NCBI RefSeq assembly: GCF_000018105.1
Contig: NC_009925.1
Span: forward strand, 2,400,001-2,432,000
Direction of reading: 5' to 3'
DNA from: Acaryochloris marina MBIC11017
Lineage (GTDB): Bacteria > Cyanobacteriota > Cyanobacteriia > Thermosynechococcales > Thermosynechococcaceae
Length of the DNA: 32,000 nucleotides
The notes beneath the pieces were generated by a model. It did not search any database, was not told where the DNA came from, and saw only the letters and a list, made by a program, of their open reading frames with translations. Shown one piece after another: positions 23,644 through 32,000 of the stretch (position 1 is its first letter; the number at the start of each line of letters is the position of its first letter). A program made the position numbers and the translations under genes.

Positions 23644-24081
23644 TTAGATGTAATACATCAGGTCAATTTGTTTTTTAGCATCTCTACGATCGCAAAGATC
23701 TTGCAACGTACAATTCTTGAGGATCTTGCTCGCTGCTTGATCCGCTTCTTGCCAAAGTTCCTGGACCACCGCTTTCTCCGTTGTCAGACCTGTTTGGGGT
23801 AAAGCGTTCGATTGCGGATCTCTGCCTTCTATACAGTTAATGATTTCTAGTAGGGTAATTTTCCAAGGTTCCCGGGCCAATAAATATCCTCCGCGCGCCC
23901 CTCGCTGAGAACAGACTAAACCTGAACGGCGCAGAATGGCCAGGAGTTGTTCTAAATATCGATCGGGAATATGTTGTTGAGCTGCAATTTGGCGGATTCG
24001 TAGCGGCTCCCCTTGAGGGTAGTGATCCACCAGTGACAGCAATGCCAGCACCGCATATTCACATTTACATGACAATTCCAC
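23644..24081 (-). CDS. Rrf2-family transcriptional regulator (CymR/IscR-like)
   Basis: 145 aa with a GTG start. MELSCKCEYAVLALLSLV...IRQIAAQQHIPDRYLEQLLAILRRSGLVCSQRGARGGYLLA is the Rrf2 winged-helix domain. It lies directly upstream of cysK on the same strand. Confidence 0.85.
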   Translation of the reverse strand: MELSCKCEYAVLALLSLVDHYPQGEPLRIRQIAAQQHIPDRYLEQLLAILRRSGLVCSQRGARGGYLLAREPWKITLLEIINCIEGRDPQSNALPQTGLTTEKAVVQELWQEADQAASKILKNCTLQDLCDRRDAKKQIDLMYYI

Positions 24082-24193
24082 AGGGCAAGCCCCCCTGAGG
24101 CAACAACAGCCTTGGACCTAGTATACTCCGGTTCTCCATCGGAGTTTAGGGATTATCCTGCCTAGCCTTCTTAGTGCTCTATTCAGCTAGACC

Positions 24194-25033
24194 TTACCCC
24201 AATTCAATCCCCATCCAGCGATACAGCCACAAAATTCCCTGCTGATAACCCGTCCAAATTTGCGCCCCTGACATCATGCACAGCAATGCTCCCAGCACCA
24301 GAAACGGGCCAAAAGGAATCACCTGAAACTTGCCAAGTTTGCCAAATACCCGGCCTCCTATCCCTACCACTGACCCTACCAAACAGGCGAGAAACAGAGT
24401 CAGCAACATATATCGCCACCCTAACCAAGCACCAATCATCGCCATCAGTTTGCTATCGCCACCCCCCATCGCAGCACGACGAAAGATCAGGCCAGCCAAC
24501 AGGCCAATTACATCAATCAACCAGATCCCCGCAATCACCCCCAAAGCACCAAAGGTGAACCCTTGGGCCGCCCCCGTCAGGCCATTTTGATGCCAGCCCA
24601 CTAGGGTCTGAAACGTGACGCCCGAAATCACCCCCAACCGGGTCAAGGGACTGGGCAATAACATCACATCTAAATCAATCAGGGCCAGGGAAATCAGCAC
24701 ACTGGCAAACAGCCAATAACCCAAGGTCTGCAGCTGATAGCCAAACAGCAGGAAAATCCCCAGAAACATGCAGGCCGTGGCTGCTTCAACGAGGGGATAC
24801 CGGCTGGCTATCGGGGTTTTACAATAGCGACATTTGCCTTGGAGCCACAGCCAACCTAGAACCGGAACATTGTCATAGGGTTTCAGGGGGGTGTGACATT
24901 TGGGACAACGAGAAGGGGGATGAAGTAGAGATAAGCCTTCGGGTAGCCGATAAATGACGACGTTCAAGAAACTACCCACCGAAGCCCCCAAGCTCACCAC
25001 CAGTCCATAGATAAAGATTTCTGCCCAACTCAT
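24194..25033 (-). CDS. pilD: Prepilin peptidase / N-methyltransferase (A24 family)
   Basis: It is polytopic, with a zinc-binding CPKCHTPL...CRYCKTPI and the catalytic region GGGDSKLMAMIGAWLGW. I prefer the ATG at the complement of 25031-25033; the track uses the GTG at 25045. Confidence 0.88.
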   Translation of the reverse strand: MSWAEIFIYGLVVSLGASVGSFLNVVIYRLPEGLSLLHPPSRCPKCHTPLKPYDNVPVLGWLWLQGKCRYCKTPIASRYPLVEAATACMFLGIFLLFGYQLQTLGYWLFASVLISLALIDLDVMLLPSPLTRLGVISGVTFQTLVGWHQNGLTGAAQGFTFGALGVIAGIWLIDVIGLLAGLIFRRAAMGGGDSKLMAMIGAWLGWRYMLLTLFLACLVGSVVGIGGRVFGKLGKFQVIPFGPFLVLGALLCMMSGAQIWTGYQQGILWLYRWMGIELG

Positions 25034-25163
25034 ACCTTTGTACACACCGATAGCCAGATCGCCGAGGAGATTAGGGCTATCTATTCAGTGCTTCTCCTTG
25101 ATGTTTGAAGGGAGACAACCTCTACCAGAGAAGGTCCACTCCTATAGGCAGGATACCCACTCT

Positions 25164-25454
25164 CTAATCGAGTTCGATATCTTCGGGTTGGGAGGACTCG
25201 TCGTTCTCTATATCATCAACAGAAATAAAGCATTCATGGGGAAGCAGTATCGGCTGCTCAGAGAAAATGAGTTGCCCACGCCCCGTATTGCGATCCATCG
25301 CCACTCCAGTCGGAGATTGCGCGTCTACATGGATTTGGCAATAGGCTTGATAGGTTGCACGAGCAGATGCCAACATCACAGCTTGGGAGGGTAATTGCAC
25401 AGACTCAGAATGCCGATTCGGGTCAGGGGGATTATGAACATATGTCACTCGCAT
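25164..25454 (-). CDS. Hypothetical protein with acidic C-terminus
   Basis: 96 aa. It is preferred over the overlapping plus-strand ORF 25038..25394, whose translation is Arg/Ser/Leu-rich and looks like junk. I recognise no family. Confidence 0.45.
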   Translation of the reverse strand: MRVTYVHNPPDPNRHSESVQLPSQAVMLASARATYQAYCQIHVDAQSPTGVAMDRNTGRGQLIFSEQPILLPHECFISVDDIENDESSQPEDIELD

Positions 25455-25795
25455 ATCCCTGTTTTACTAGGTTTAATTACCTGTAATTTGTAGCAAGAAA
25501 CCCCTATTTCAGCAAGAGCAAAGCCTATATTGATCGAAAAAAATTTGTACTTATTCTCAATTTTTTAGGCCAACAAACAGCGAAGACTGTAATAATTTCT
25601 GCGCAAAAATCTCCTGCATTAGCCTGACCATAACCCTGCAGCTAGATATTCTGATCCGCAGCGCTCATGGATTTTAAGGGCAATAAAACGAAATTATTCT
25701 AAAATGCGATGGACATATTATGGTTGTTTCCGTCTGCATAGACAGAATACTGGCCAATCATGGGGACACCTAGGGATTCGGCTTTATCCCTAATC

Positions 25796-25803
25796 GCGAT
25801 CGC
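25796..25803. repeat. HIP1 palindrome GCGATCGC
   Basis: Exact octamer read in the sequence. Confidence 0.95.
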
Positions 25804-25866
25804 ACGCTTTACCTAAGTTAGTGAAGTTGTGCATACTGACCTCTACACCTTGGATTTAACTCAACC

Positions 25867-27552
25867 ATGAGCGAACGACCCACTCGACCGACCCGACCCA
25901 ACCGATCTAAGCTGGCTAAGCGCAAGCCGAAGAAAGCTCAATCTCGGACTTTGCTGTTGACGTTGGGTGGTGCGGCATTGCTGGTCGTGGGCGGGACGCT
26001 CGCCTTCTTTCTCCTCCGAGGGAGTGACGATAAAGCGGGGCCATTACCCCTAGGGGCCAAAGTGGTGCCTAGAGACGTAATGCTCAGCGTCACCCTCAAC
26101 ACTGAGGGCGGTAAATGGCAACAAGTGGCCCAGTTCGGGACCACCAACACACGAAAGACCTTGCAAGACCAGCTCCAGCAGCTAGAGAAAGACGTATTGG
26201 AACCCAATGGCCTGTCCTATAAAGCCAATATCCAACCCTGGGCAGCCAATCAACTGACCATGGCGCTCTTGCCTCCCACAGTGGACTCCGTTGAGGAGCA
26301 AAGCCAGCAGGCCACGATTTGGGTGGTGCCCATTCGCGATCAAGGCCAGTTCGAAAAAGTATTTCAGAACAAGCTCACATCGGCTAATTCAACAGATACG
26401 CGCACCTATAAAGCAACGCAGGTGTATGAATTTAAGGCGGATGATGGCAATCGTTATGGCTTTGCCACGTTAGATAATCGCTGGTTAGTGTTTACTGCTG
26501 CCGATGCTCCTATCAATGCCGTCATTGATACCTATAAAGGGAAGCCAGCCTTAGCCGATGTGCCCCGGTATCAAGAGGCCCTCAAAGAGATTGAAAACGA
26601 CGCTGCGATCGCAAAGGTCTATATTAATGTCCCCATCGCCGCCGCTCAGATGAGTCGTGTGCCCTTATCTCCAGCCAGCCAGGAACGCATTCAGAGTGTT
26701 CAGGGCATTGGCTCCACCCTGATGGTGGTCAAGGATGGCATCCAATTTAAGGCGATCTCCTGGCTAAAGCCGGATGCTAAAGACACCCTAGAGGCCAAAA
26801 ACGAGGCCAAAGATATCGCCAAGCATTTACCCGACGATACGTTATTGATGACGTCTGGGGGGAATTTCCAGCAAGTCTGGCGGGACTATGCCCAGGGGAA
26901 CTTAGCCAAGTTGGTGTTTCCCCTAAATCCTAAAGCCTGGAATGATGACCTTAGCAAACGCACGGGCATTGATTTCAATAATCAGTTTGTGAACTGGATG
27001 GATGGAGAATTCTCTAGTGCCATCATCCCTGCTCAAACCGACGATAAAAAAGGGGTCGGAATCGTCTTCTTAGCCAAAGCCAAAGACAGGACCACCGCGA
27101 ACCAGGCGTTTCGAGACCTGGATAACGCCATGCGCGATCGCTTTGATTTTCTAGTCAGTGAATCCAAAGTAGGGAATAAAACTGTCACGAACTGGAAAGT
27201 TCCCCCCGGATTGCCCATTGCCAGTCATGGTTGGTTGGATAATGACGTGGCCTTTTTTACCCTGGGAGCACCGATTGCCAACCGCTTACTTCCAGCTCCG
27301 AAGAAAAATTTAACCCAAGCAGCGAGTTTTCAGGGGGCCACCACTTCAGATTTAGATCCGAATAACGGCCATTTCTATATTGATATGCCGCGCATGTTGG
27401 GGTTGCTAGATACCAATCCCCTGCTGCCCAAACTGACGCCCGACACCACAAAATTTATGAAAGGGATCGAAACGATTGGTGTGACGACCGCTATCAACAA
27501 TGAGTGGAGTACGCGCTACGACATTCATGTCAAACTAAAGAAAGAATCATAG
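25867..27552 (+). CDS. Large membrane-anchored hypothetical protein (possibly the cyanobacterial DUF3352 family, from memory)
   Basis: 561 aa. It has a basic N-terminal tail (RPTRPTRPNRSKLAKRKPKK), one TM helix (LLLTLGGAALLVVGGTLAFFLL) and a long soluble domain. Codon usage is host-like and there are two internal HIP1 sites. Confidence 0.6.
   Translation: MSERPTRPTRPNRSKLAKRKPKKAQSRTLLLTLGGAALLVVGGTLAFFLLRGSDDKAGPLPLGAKVVPRDVMLSVTLNTEGGKWQQVAQFGTTNTRKTLQDQLQQLEKDVLEPNGLSYKANIQPWAANQLTMALLPPTVDSVEEQSQQATIWVVPIRDQGQFEKVFQNKLTSANSTDTRTYKATQVYEFKADDGNRYGFATLDNRWLVFTAADAPINAVIDTYKGKPALADVPRYQEALKEIENDAAIAKVYINVPIAAAQMSRVPLSPASQERIQSVQGIGSTLMVVKDGIQFKAISWLKPDAKDTLEAKNEAKDIAKHLPDDTLLMTSGGNFQQVWRDYAQGNLAKLVFPLNPKAWNDDLSKRTGIDFNNQFVNWMDGEFSSAIIPAQTDDKKGVGIVFLAKAKDRTTANQAFRDLDNAMRDRFDFLVSESKVGNKTVTNWKVPPGLPIASHGWLDNDVAFFTLGAPIANRLLPAPKKNLTQAASFQGATTSDLDPNNGHFYIDMPRMLGLLDTNPLLPKLTPDTTKFMKGIETIGVTTAINNEWSTRYDIHVKLKKES
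26605..26612. repeat. HIP1 palindrome GCGATCGC
   Basis: Exact octamer read in the sequence. Confidence 0.95.
27134..27141. repeat. HIP1 palindrome GCGATCGC
   Basis: Exact octamer read in the sequence. Confidence 0.95.
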
Positions 27553-27599
27553 TCGCGCAGGTGCGGCAAACCCACAAGCTTAAGATTGGAGGTTCCCCG

Positions 27600-27878
27600 A
27601 TGGCTGCGAAGTTAGATGATGCGACCATTCGTGAACGGGCACAGACGCTCACGGGTTGGACAACAGATGGTCAATCCCTGAAGATTACCCGCAAGTTCAA
27701 AGATTTTTTGGCAGCTATGGCTTTTGTAAATAGCTTGGTAGATCCTGCCGAGGCTGCGGGCCATCACCCTGATATTTACATCAGCTACAACCGGGTCGAT
27801 ATTACCCTCATCACCCATGATGCGGGGGGCTTGACGGAGATGGATTTCCGCATGGCCCAAACCATTTCTAATCTGTAG
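27600..27878 (+). CDS. phhB: Pterin-4-alpha-carbinolamine dehydratase (PCD/DCoH)
   Basis: 92 aa from the ATG at 27600. LTGWT, the [27 protein letters not shown] motif and [20 protein letters not shown] are present. Confidence 0.88.
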
Positions 27879-27901
27879 GTCTGGCCCCGAACAGACCACC
27901 C

Positions 27902-28672
27902 ATGAGCAACGGCGCCCTACCGAATCGATCTGACGTGTGGTTGCAATCTTTGGGCTGGCAGCCTACCCCTGAGCAGGAGCAGCAGTTTGAACGGCTGTTT
28001 CAGCTGATTGTCCAAGCCAATCAGCAGCTGAATTTAACCCGGATTACAGATCCCCCAGACTTCTGGGAAAAACATCTGTGGGATTCCCTCGTTGGAATTG
28101 CGCCTTGGCTACAGCCGGACTCTTCTATACAGCGGCAGGTTAGCTTCTCGGTAGACCACAGCCACCCCTTAAAAGTCATTGATATTGGAACGGGAGGCGG
28201 GTTTCCGGGGCTACCCATCGCCATTATTAAACCCACCTGGCGTATCACTCTGCTGGATTCGACCCAAAAGAAGCTGGCTTTTTTGCAGCAGGTCAACGCA
28301 GAACTGGGCTTGGAGAATGTGGAGACGTGTTGCGATCGCGCCGAAAATCTAGGTCAACAGTCCCCCTATCGAGAATCCTTTGATCTCGCCGTTATTCGGG
28401 CCGTAGGTCCGGCTTCGGTCTGTGCTGAATACGCCCTCCCTCTATTGGCATTGCAGGGCTATGCCGTACTGTATCGCGGTCAATGGACCGCAGAAGAGCA
28501 GGAAGGATTAGTGGCTGCAACCTCCAAACTAGGAGGCGAACTGATTGCCGTATCACCTGTTAAAATGCCTCATTCTCAAGGCATTCGGCACTGTATCTAT
28601 CTTCGAAAGATTAAGACCACAGACCCTAAATTTCCTCGGCGCGTAGGGGTGCCCGCCCGAAAGCCCCTGTAA
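27902..28672 (+). CDS. rsmG: 16S rRNA (guanine527-N7)-methyltransferase
   Basis: 256 aa. [20 protein letters not shown] and [16 protein letters not shown] form the GidB/RsmG signature. Confidence 0.9.
28332..28339. repeat. HIP1 palindrome GCGATCGC
   Basis: Exact octamer read in the sequence. Confidence 0.95.
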
Positions 28673-28717
28673 CTTCGCACCTATTTAATGGCCAGTTAAT
28701 ACACCTAAAAATTCAGA

Positions 28718-29398
28718 TTATCGATAGGCTTCTAAGCCACCGATCCAGGTGACGAGAGCCCGACGGGTGCCTTCAGTCATAGCGGTGACGCGATGCAGAG
28801 TATAGCTAGGGAAAATCACGAGGGTGCCACGGGAGCGAGGCATCATGACGGGCTTTTGAGTGGCATGGAGTTCAAGCCCACCGCCCACATAGGTCTCTGG
28901 ATCGGAAAGCTGCACAGAGACGGACAGCTTCCGCAGGCCACTGCGCCGAGACCCAATATCCTGATGCCAGGTGTAATGTCCGCCAGGTTCATATTCCGTG
29001 AGTTGAATGGAGCTTTCAAATCCATCCAGCCGAAATTGCCAGTTCTCGGCGTTGACCTGTGCAACATGATGCATGATCTTCTCGTAGATCCAAACGCTGT
29101 CGGGGTGGTCGTTTAACCGCAACCAGTGGAGGGTGCTATCTCGGGTGGCTTTATGGACGGATTTACCGCCCACTTCTCCGGTCATGGCTTTGACTTGAGA
29201 GAAATAGGTTTCAATGGTGTCGCATTCTTGATCGCTAAAGCAATGCTCTAGGGCGACGTATTTGCTAATGGTAGCGTCATTGGGGTTTTCGGAAACAAAT
29301 TGAATTTTGGTCTCAACCTGCCGATCCATCAGCTGAATGTTATAGACCTGTTGGTTAATGACTTTGTATTCAACGTTTGACTGGGCATTTATAGACAT
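28718..29398 (-). CDS. 2OG-Fe(II) oxygenase (prolyl-4-hydroxylase-like)
   Basis: 226 aa. The HxD...H facial triad is YTWHQDIG and SYTLHRVTAMTEGTRRALVTWI, with the Arg in the final strand. Confidence 0.75.
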   Translation of the reverse strand: MSINAQSNVEYKVINQQVYNIQLMDRQVETKIQFVSENPNDATISKYVALEHCFSDQECDTIETYFSQVKAMTGEVGGKSVHKATRDSTLHWLRLNDHPDSVWIYEKIMHHVAQVNAENWQFRLDGFESSIQLTEYEPGGHYTWHQDIGSRRSGLRKLSVSVQLSDPETYVGGGLELHATQKPVMMPRSRGTLVIFPSYTLHRVTAMTEGTRRALVTWIGGLEAYR

Positions 29399-30156
29399 AA
29401 AAAATCGATCAAGAGATAAATATCAACATTTCCCAGCTTTGGTCTATAAACGAGATCTATAGCTCCTTAAACACTTATTCAAAAGCATATGAATATTTTT
29501 CACCTAGTATTATTGAAGTCTTTACAGATCAAAGGTTTGTGGCCATATAGGTTGTTGAGTAGACTATTGCCATACCCTATTGCAAGCAGACAGAACATGA
29601 CAAACTTCTCGCAACCCAAAATCATGGTTTAGATGTCAAGATTATCTCTTCGCTGAAAGAATATATCTCGATTTTTCCACTATTTAAAAATATACTACGT
29701 ATTGAAAATAACATCAAGACCATTAACTATCAGCAATACCTTTTCTAAGCTAGTTGCTAAACTTAAATCTAGATACTTAACTTGCTGGAAAATTTTTTCT
29801 AGCGACCAATCCTCCACAATAATCTCATAAAAATTAATCACTTTTTGAGTTCAAATCTAGAACTTTTTAAGTTTAATATAGCGCCTGATTTTTCAGCCCA
29901 GTGTTATATGAATATCCTTTTTAAAAGAAAAATCAAAGCCTAAAAATTTCAAAAATATAGACTTAATCTGCGTAATTTATCAGAACTAGGTCGATATCTA
30001 TAATATACCCTTCTCTCTTCTAAGATAAGAGCAAAAAACCTCATAAATACAAGAGAAATTCAGGAGTTATAAGCTATTGATCGCCTGATTATTCTTCAGT
30101 TAATATCTCGTAAATTTTGATGCAAAATATCCAATAATTCAACTAACTAAAATACC

Positions 30157-31479
30157 ATGAATGACAAAGAAAGATGCTTAAATAGCCAAAGCAATGATTT
30201 GCTATTGAGCTATCAAGAAAGTATAGAAATAATAGAAAATGAAGATAAAAAATTATCAGCCTCAGAAATTATAAATACCTTCAAAATTCGTGACATTATC
30301 CAGACTATTATCAATAGCAAAAAAGATGACTATTATGAGATATCACCAATCCTTTTAAAGTTAGATGCAAGACTAGAAAAACAATCTGACAAAATTACAC
30401 AAGCTATTAATATTGAAAAGCTATGTAGAAGTTTTCATCCTAATAAAGATTTTTGGTGGTGGCACCTAAAACCAACTATTCCAGTTCATTGGTACGATAA
30501 ATATGATCGATTATTTAATATATTTTCTATTATTATTTTGGCTGCGTCTTTATGTATTTTATTCGACATCTCTTCCAGGGTTATCAGTCCTGATCCTGAC
30601 TTGCTAAGTTCATTATTCCTTGCAGTTCAAGGTGCACTGACAACCTTATTCGCAGCAGTCATTATTACTCATGAAGGGCAGGAACTAGTTACAAGAATAT
30701 TCAGTTTCATGAAAATCTCTCCTCATTTTAGGCAAGAAGTGCAACTAGGTGCAGCAGTTTTTTGTTTGATCCTCTTAATTATCTTTCGTACCTTTTTACC
30801 TAACATCTCCAATCATTTTTACAATAAAGGTCTGAATTTTACTGATACAGGTAGTATTAGTAGTGCTATGGCTTCATACCACCGTGCTCTTTCAATCGAT
30901 CCAGAGAATGATTTAGCTAGATTTAATATTGCTGTCATATATGAAAAGCTAAGCGAATACAAAAAAGCTGAAGAAAACTTCAAGATTGCAAGTTTAAAAC
31001 TAAAAATAGAAGCCTCAGATGAATCACCTTTAAAACCCATTGAGAAACTACAGTTAGAAGCTATAAATAGATTATCACGGTTATATATAATAAGAGAAAA
31101 TTACTCAGAAGCTGTCAAGCGACTAGACAAAATAAAAGCAATAATAGATCAAAAAGCTGGAGAAAAAATAGATCCAGAACTAGGATATGCAACAATTAAG
31201 AACTTAGGCTGGGCTAGATATGAGCAATCACGATATAATGAGGCTATTCCATTATTAGAACAAGCCATCGGCTTTCCTATTAAAGATGAAAAAAAGGCTT
31301 CTGCATTCTGTCTATTAGCACAATCACTTAAAAAAGCTAAACATGCTGATTACGCAGTATACCAAAACTATGAAAAGTGCATTCAGTATGCAGACTCAGA
31401 AATCCCAGAAGAAGACGAATGGATTCCTCAAGCTAGAAATTTCATCTCTAACTCCTATCAAGAATTAAAGTCTCAATGA
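30157..31479 (+). CDS. Membrane-anchored TPR-repeat protein (AT-rich, likely acquired)
   Basis: 440 aa. It has a soluble N-terminal region and about three TM helices (IFSIIILAASLCILFDI, LFLAVQGALTTLFAAVIIT, LGAAVFCLILLIIFRTFL). C-terminal TPR units follow (AMASYHRALSIDPENDLARFNIAVIYEKLSEYKKAEENF, GWARYEQSRYNEAIPLLEQAI). Confidence 0.65.
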   Translation: MNDKERCLNSQSNDLLLSYQESIEIIENEDKKLSASEIINTFKIRDIIQTIINSKKDDYYEISPILLKLDARLEKQSDKITQAINIEKLCRSFHPNKDFWWWHLKPTIPVHWYDKYDRLFNIFSIIILAASLCILFDISSRVISPDPDLLSSLFLAVQGALTTLFAAVIITHEGQELVTRIFSFMKISPHFRQEVQLGAAVFCLILLIIFRTFLPNISNHFYNKGLNFTDTGSISSAMASYHRALSIDPENDLARFNIAVIYEKLSEYKKAEENFKIASLKLKIEASDESPLKPIEKLQLEAINRLSRLYIIRENYSEAVKRLDKIKAIIDQKAGEKIDPELGYATIKNLGWARYEQSRYNEAIPLLEQAIGFPIKDEKKASAFCLLAQSLKKAKHADYAVYQNYEKCIQYADSEIPEEDEWIPQARNFISNSYQELKSQ

Positions 31480-31743
31480 TGTAGACCTCTGAAAATCAGT
31501 ATTATGGCAACTTGAATGACGCCAATTTATTCAACTAACAATAACTTGTCTAATAACCCCTGACATCTTTGCCGATAGAAATCAATCATTTTTATCTAGT
31601 TAATTTTCTTTGCACATAACGTTTTTTAGAAAAATTTTTCATAATTGGCAACATTATTCATGTGTTTAACGTCACAGTATTTCTTGAGTGCTAGTACCTT
31701 TTTGAGTTCTAATTCCTACATAAAGATGTGAGTGAGATTATTT

Positions 31744-32000
31744 ATGATTTGTAGACAATTGTGCAAGCACAACTATATATTTATCTCTTTGCCTTTTATC
31801 CTGAATGTTTTCACTGCCTTTACAGCATTTGCCCAAGAACTACCATATGCAGTTCTTGAAGATGTTAGTGGTGACGTTAAAGTTATGCGAAGACAAGAGA
31901 ATAGAAGATTTCAGCCCATTTATCAAGGTGAAAAGCTTCACTCAGGAGATTTATTGAAGCTAAATTTCGATGCACGTGCTCGGGTGAGATGTCCAGATAG
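31744..32000 (+). CDS. Secreted protein with FecR-like N-terminal domain (partial, runs off window)
   Basis: My own translation is MICRQLCKHNYIFISLPFILNVFTAFTAFAQELPYAVLEDVSGDVKVMRRQENRRFQPIYQGEKLHSGDLLKLNFDARARVRCPD... It shows a signal peptide, then the G.V.V.R....F.P...G..L..GD.L pattern seen in FecR-domain proteins. Confidence 0.4.
   Translation, partial: MICRQLCKHNYIFISLPFILNVFTAFTAFAQELPYAVLEDVSGDVKVMRRQENRRFQPIYQGEKLHSGDLLKLNFDARARVRCPD

Noticed and set aside
24204-24590. ORFs 24204..24428 (-), 24286..24558 (+) and 24330..24590 (+)
   Set aside because: They are alternative frames within pilD, and their Pro/Arg/Ser-rich translations are typical of off-frame GC-rich reading.
25038-25394. 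118-aa plus-strand ORF overlapping 25164..25454 (-)
   Set aside because: Its translation is less protein-like than the minus-strand product, and it begins inside the pilD start region. I kept the minus-strand call, with modest confidence.
1-32000. Search for CRISPR arrays, tRNA, rRNA, riboswitch-like or retron-like elements
   Set aside because: I saw no regularly spaced direct repeats, no cloverleaf-compatible segments and no rRNA-like conserved blocks in the intergenic regions. A covariance-model scan (Infernal/Rfam, tRNAscan-SE) would be needed to exclude small ncRNAs.

Overview
This looks like a cyanobacterial chromosome segment. It carries HIP1 palindromes (GCGATCGC) and chlorophyll, type IV pilus, cysteine and pentose-phosphate housekeeping genes. 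All calls come from reading the sequence and the ORF translations, and family names come from motif recognition by memory; no searches were run.

The window has five blocks:
- 1-2.5 kb: core genes, namely a SAM methyltransferase, a BciA-type divinyl reductase and a SUKH-like protein.
- 2.85-13.2 kb: a plasticity zone with five insertion sequences from four families (two IS701-like, IS630, IS3, ISAs1). It also holds two copies of a 112-bp MITE, a possibly disrupted membrane-protein gene, a truncated GNAT gene, a DnaQ-like exonuclease, a small lipoprotein and a secreted, extremely Arg/Trp-rich peptide.
- 13.4-18.0 kb: a strongly AT-rich island with no HIP1 sites. It carries one tight minus-strand operon of a NurA-like nuclease, a HerA-like ATPase and an SPPY DNA methyltransferase. 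This is the main candidate for an undescribed, methylation-coupled HerA/NurA defence system.
- 18-29.4 kb: housekeeping genes, namely a transketolase-family protein, adk, rpiA, a TPR protein, cysK with an Rrf2 regulator, pilD, a large membrane-anchored hypothetical protein, pterin carbinolamine dehydratase, rsmG and a 2OG-Fe(II) oxygenase.
- 29.4-32 kb: a second AT-rich segment with a long non-coding leader, a membrane-TPR protein and a partial FecR-like secreted protein.

I found no rRNA, tRNA or CRISPR array.
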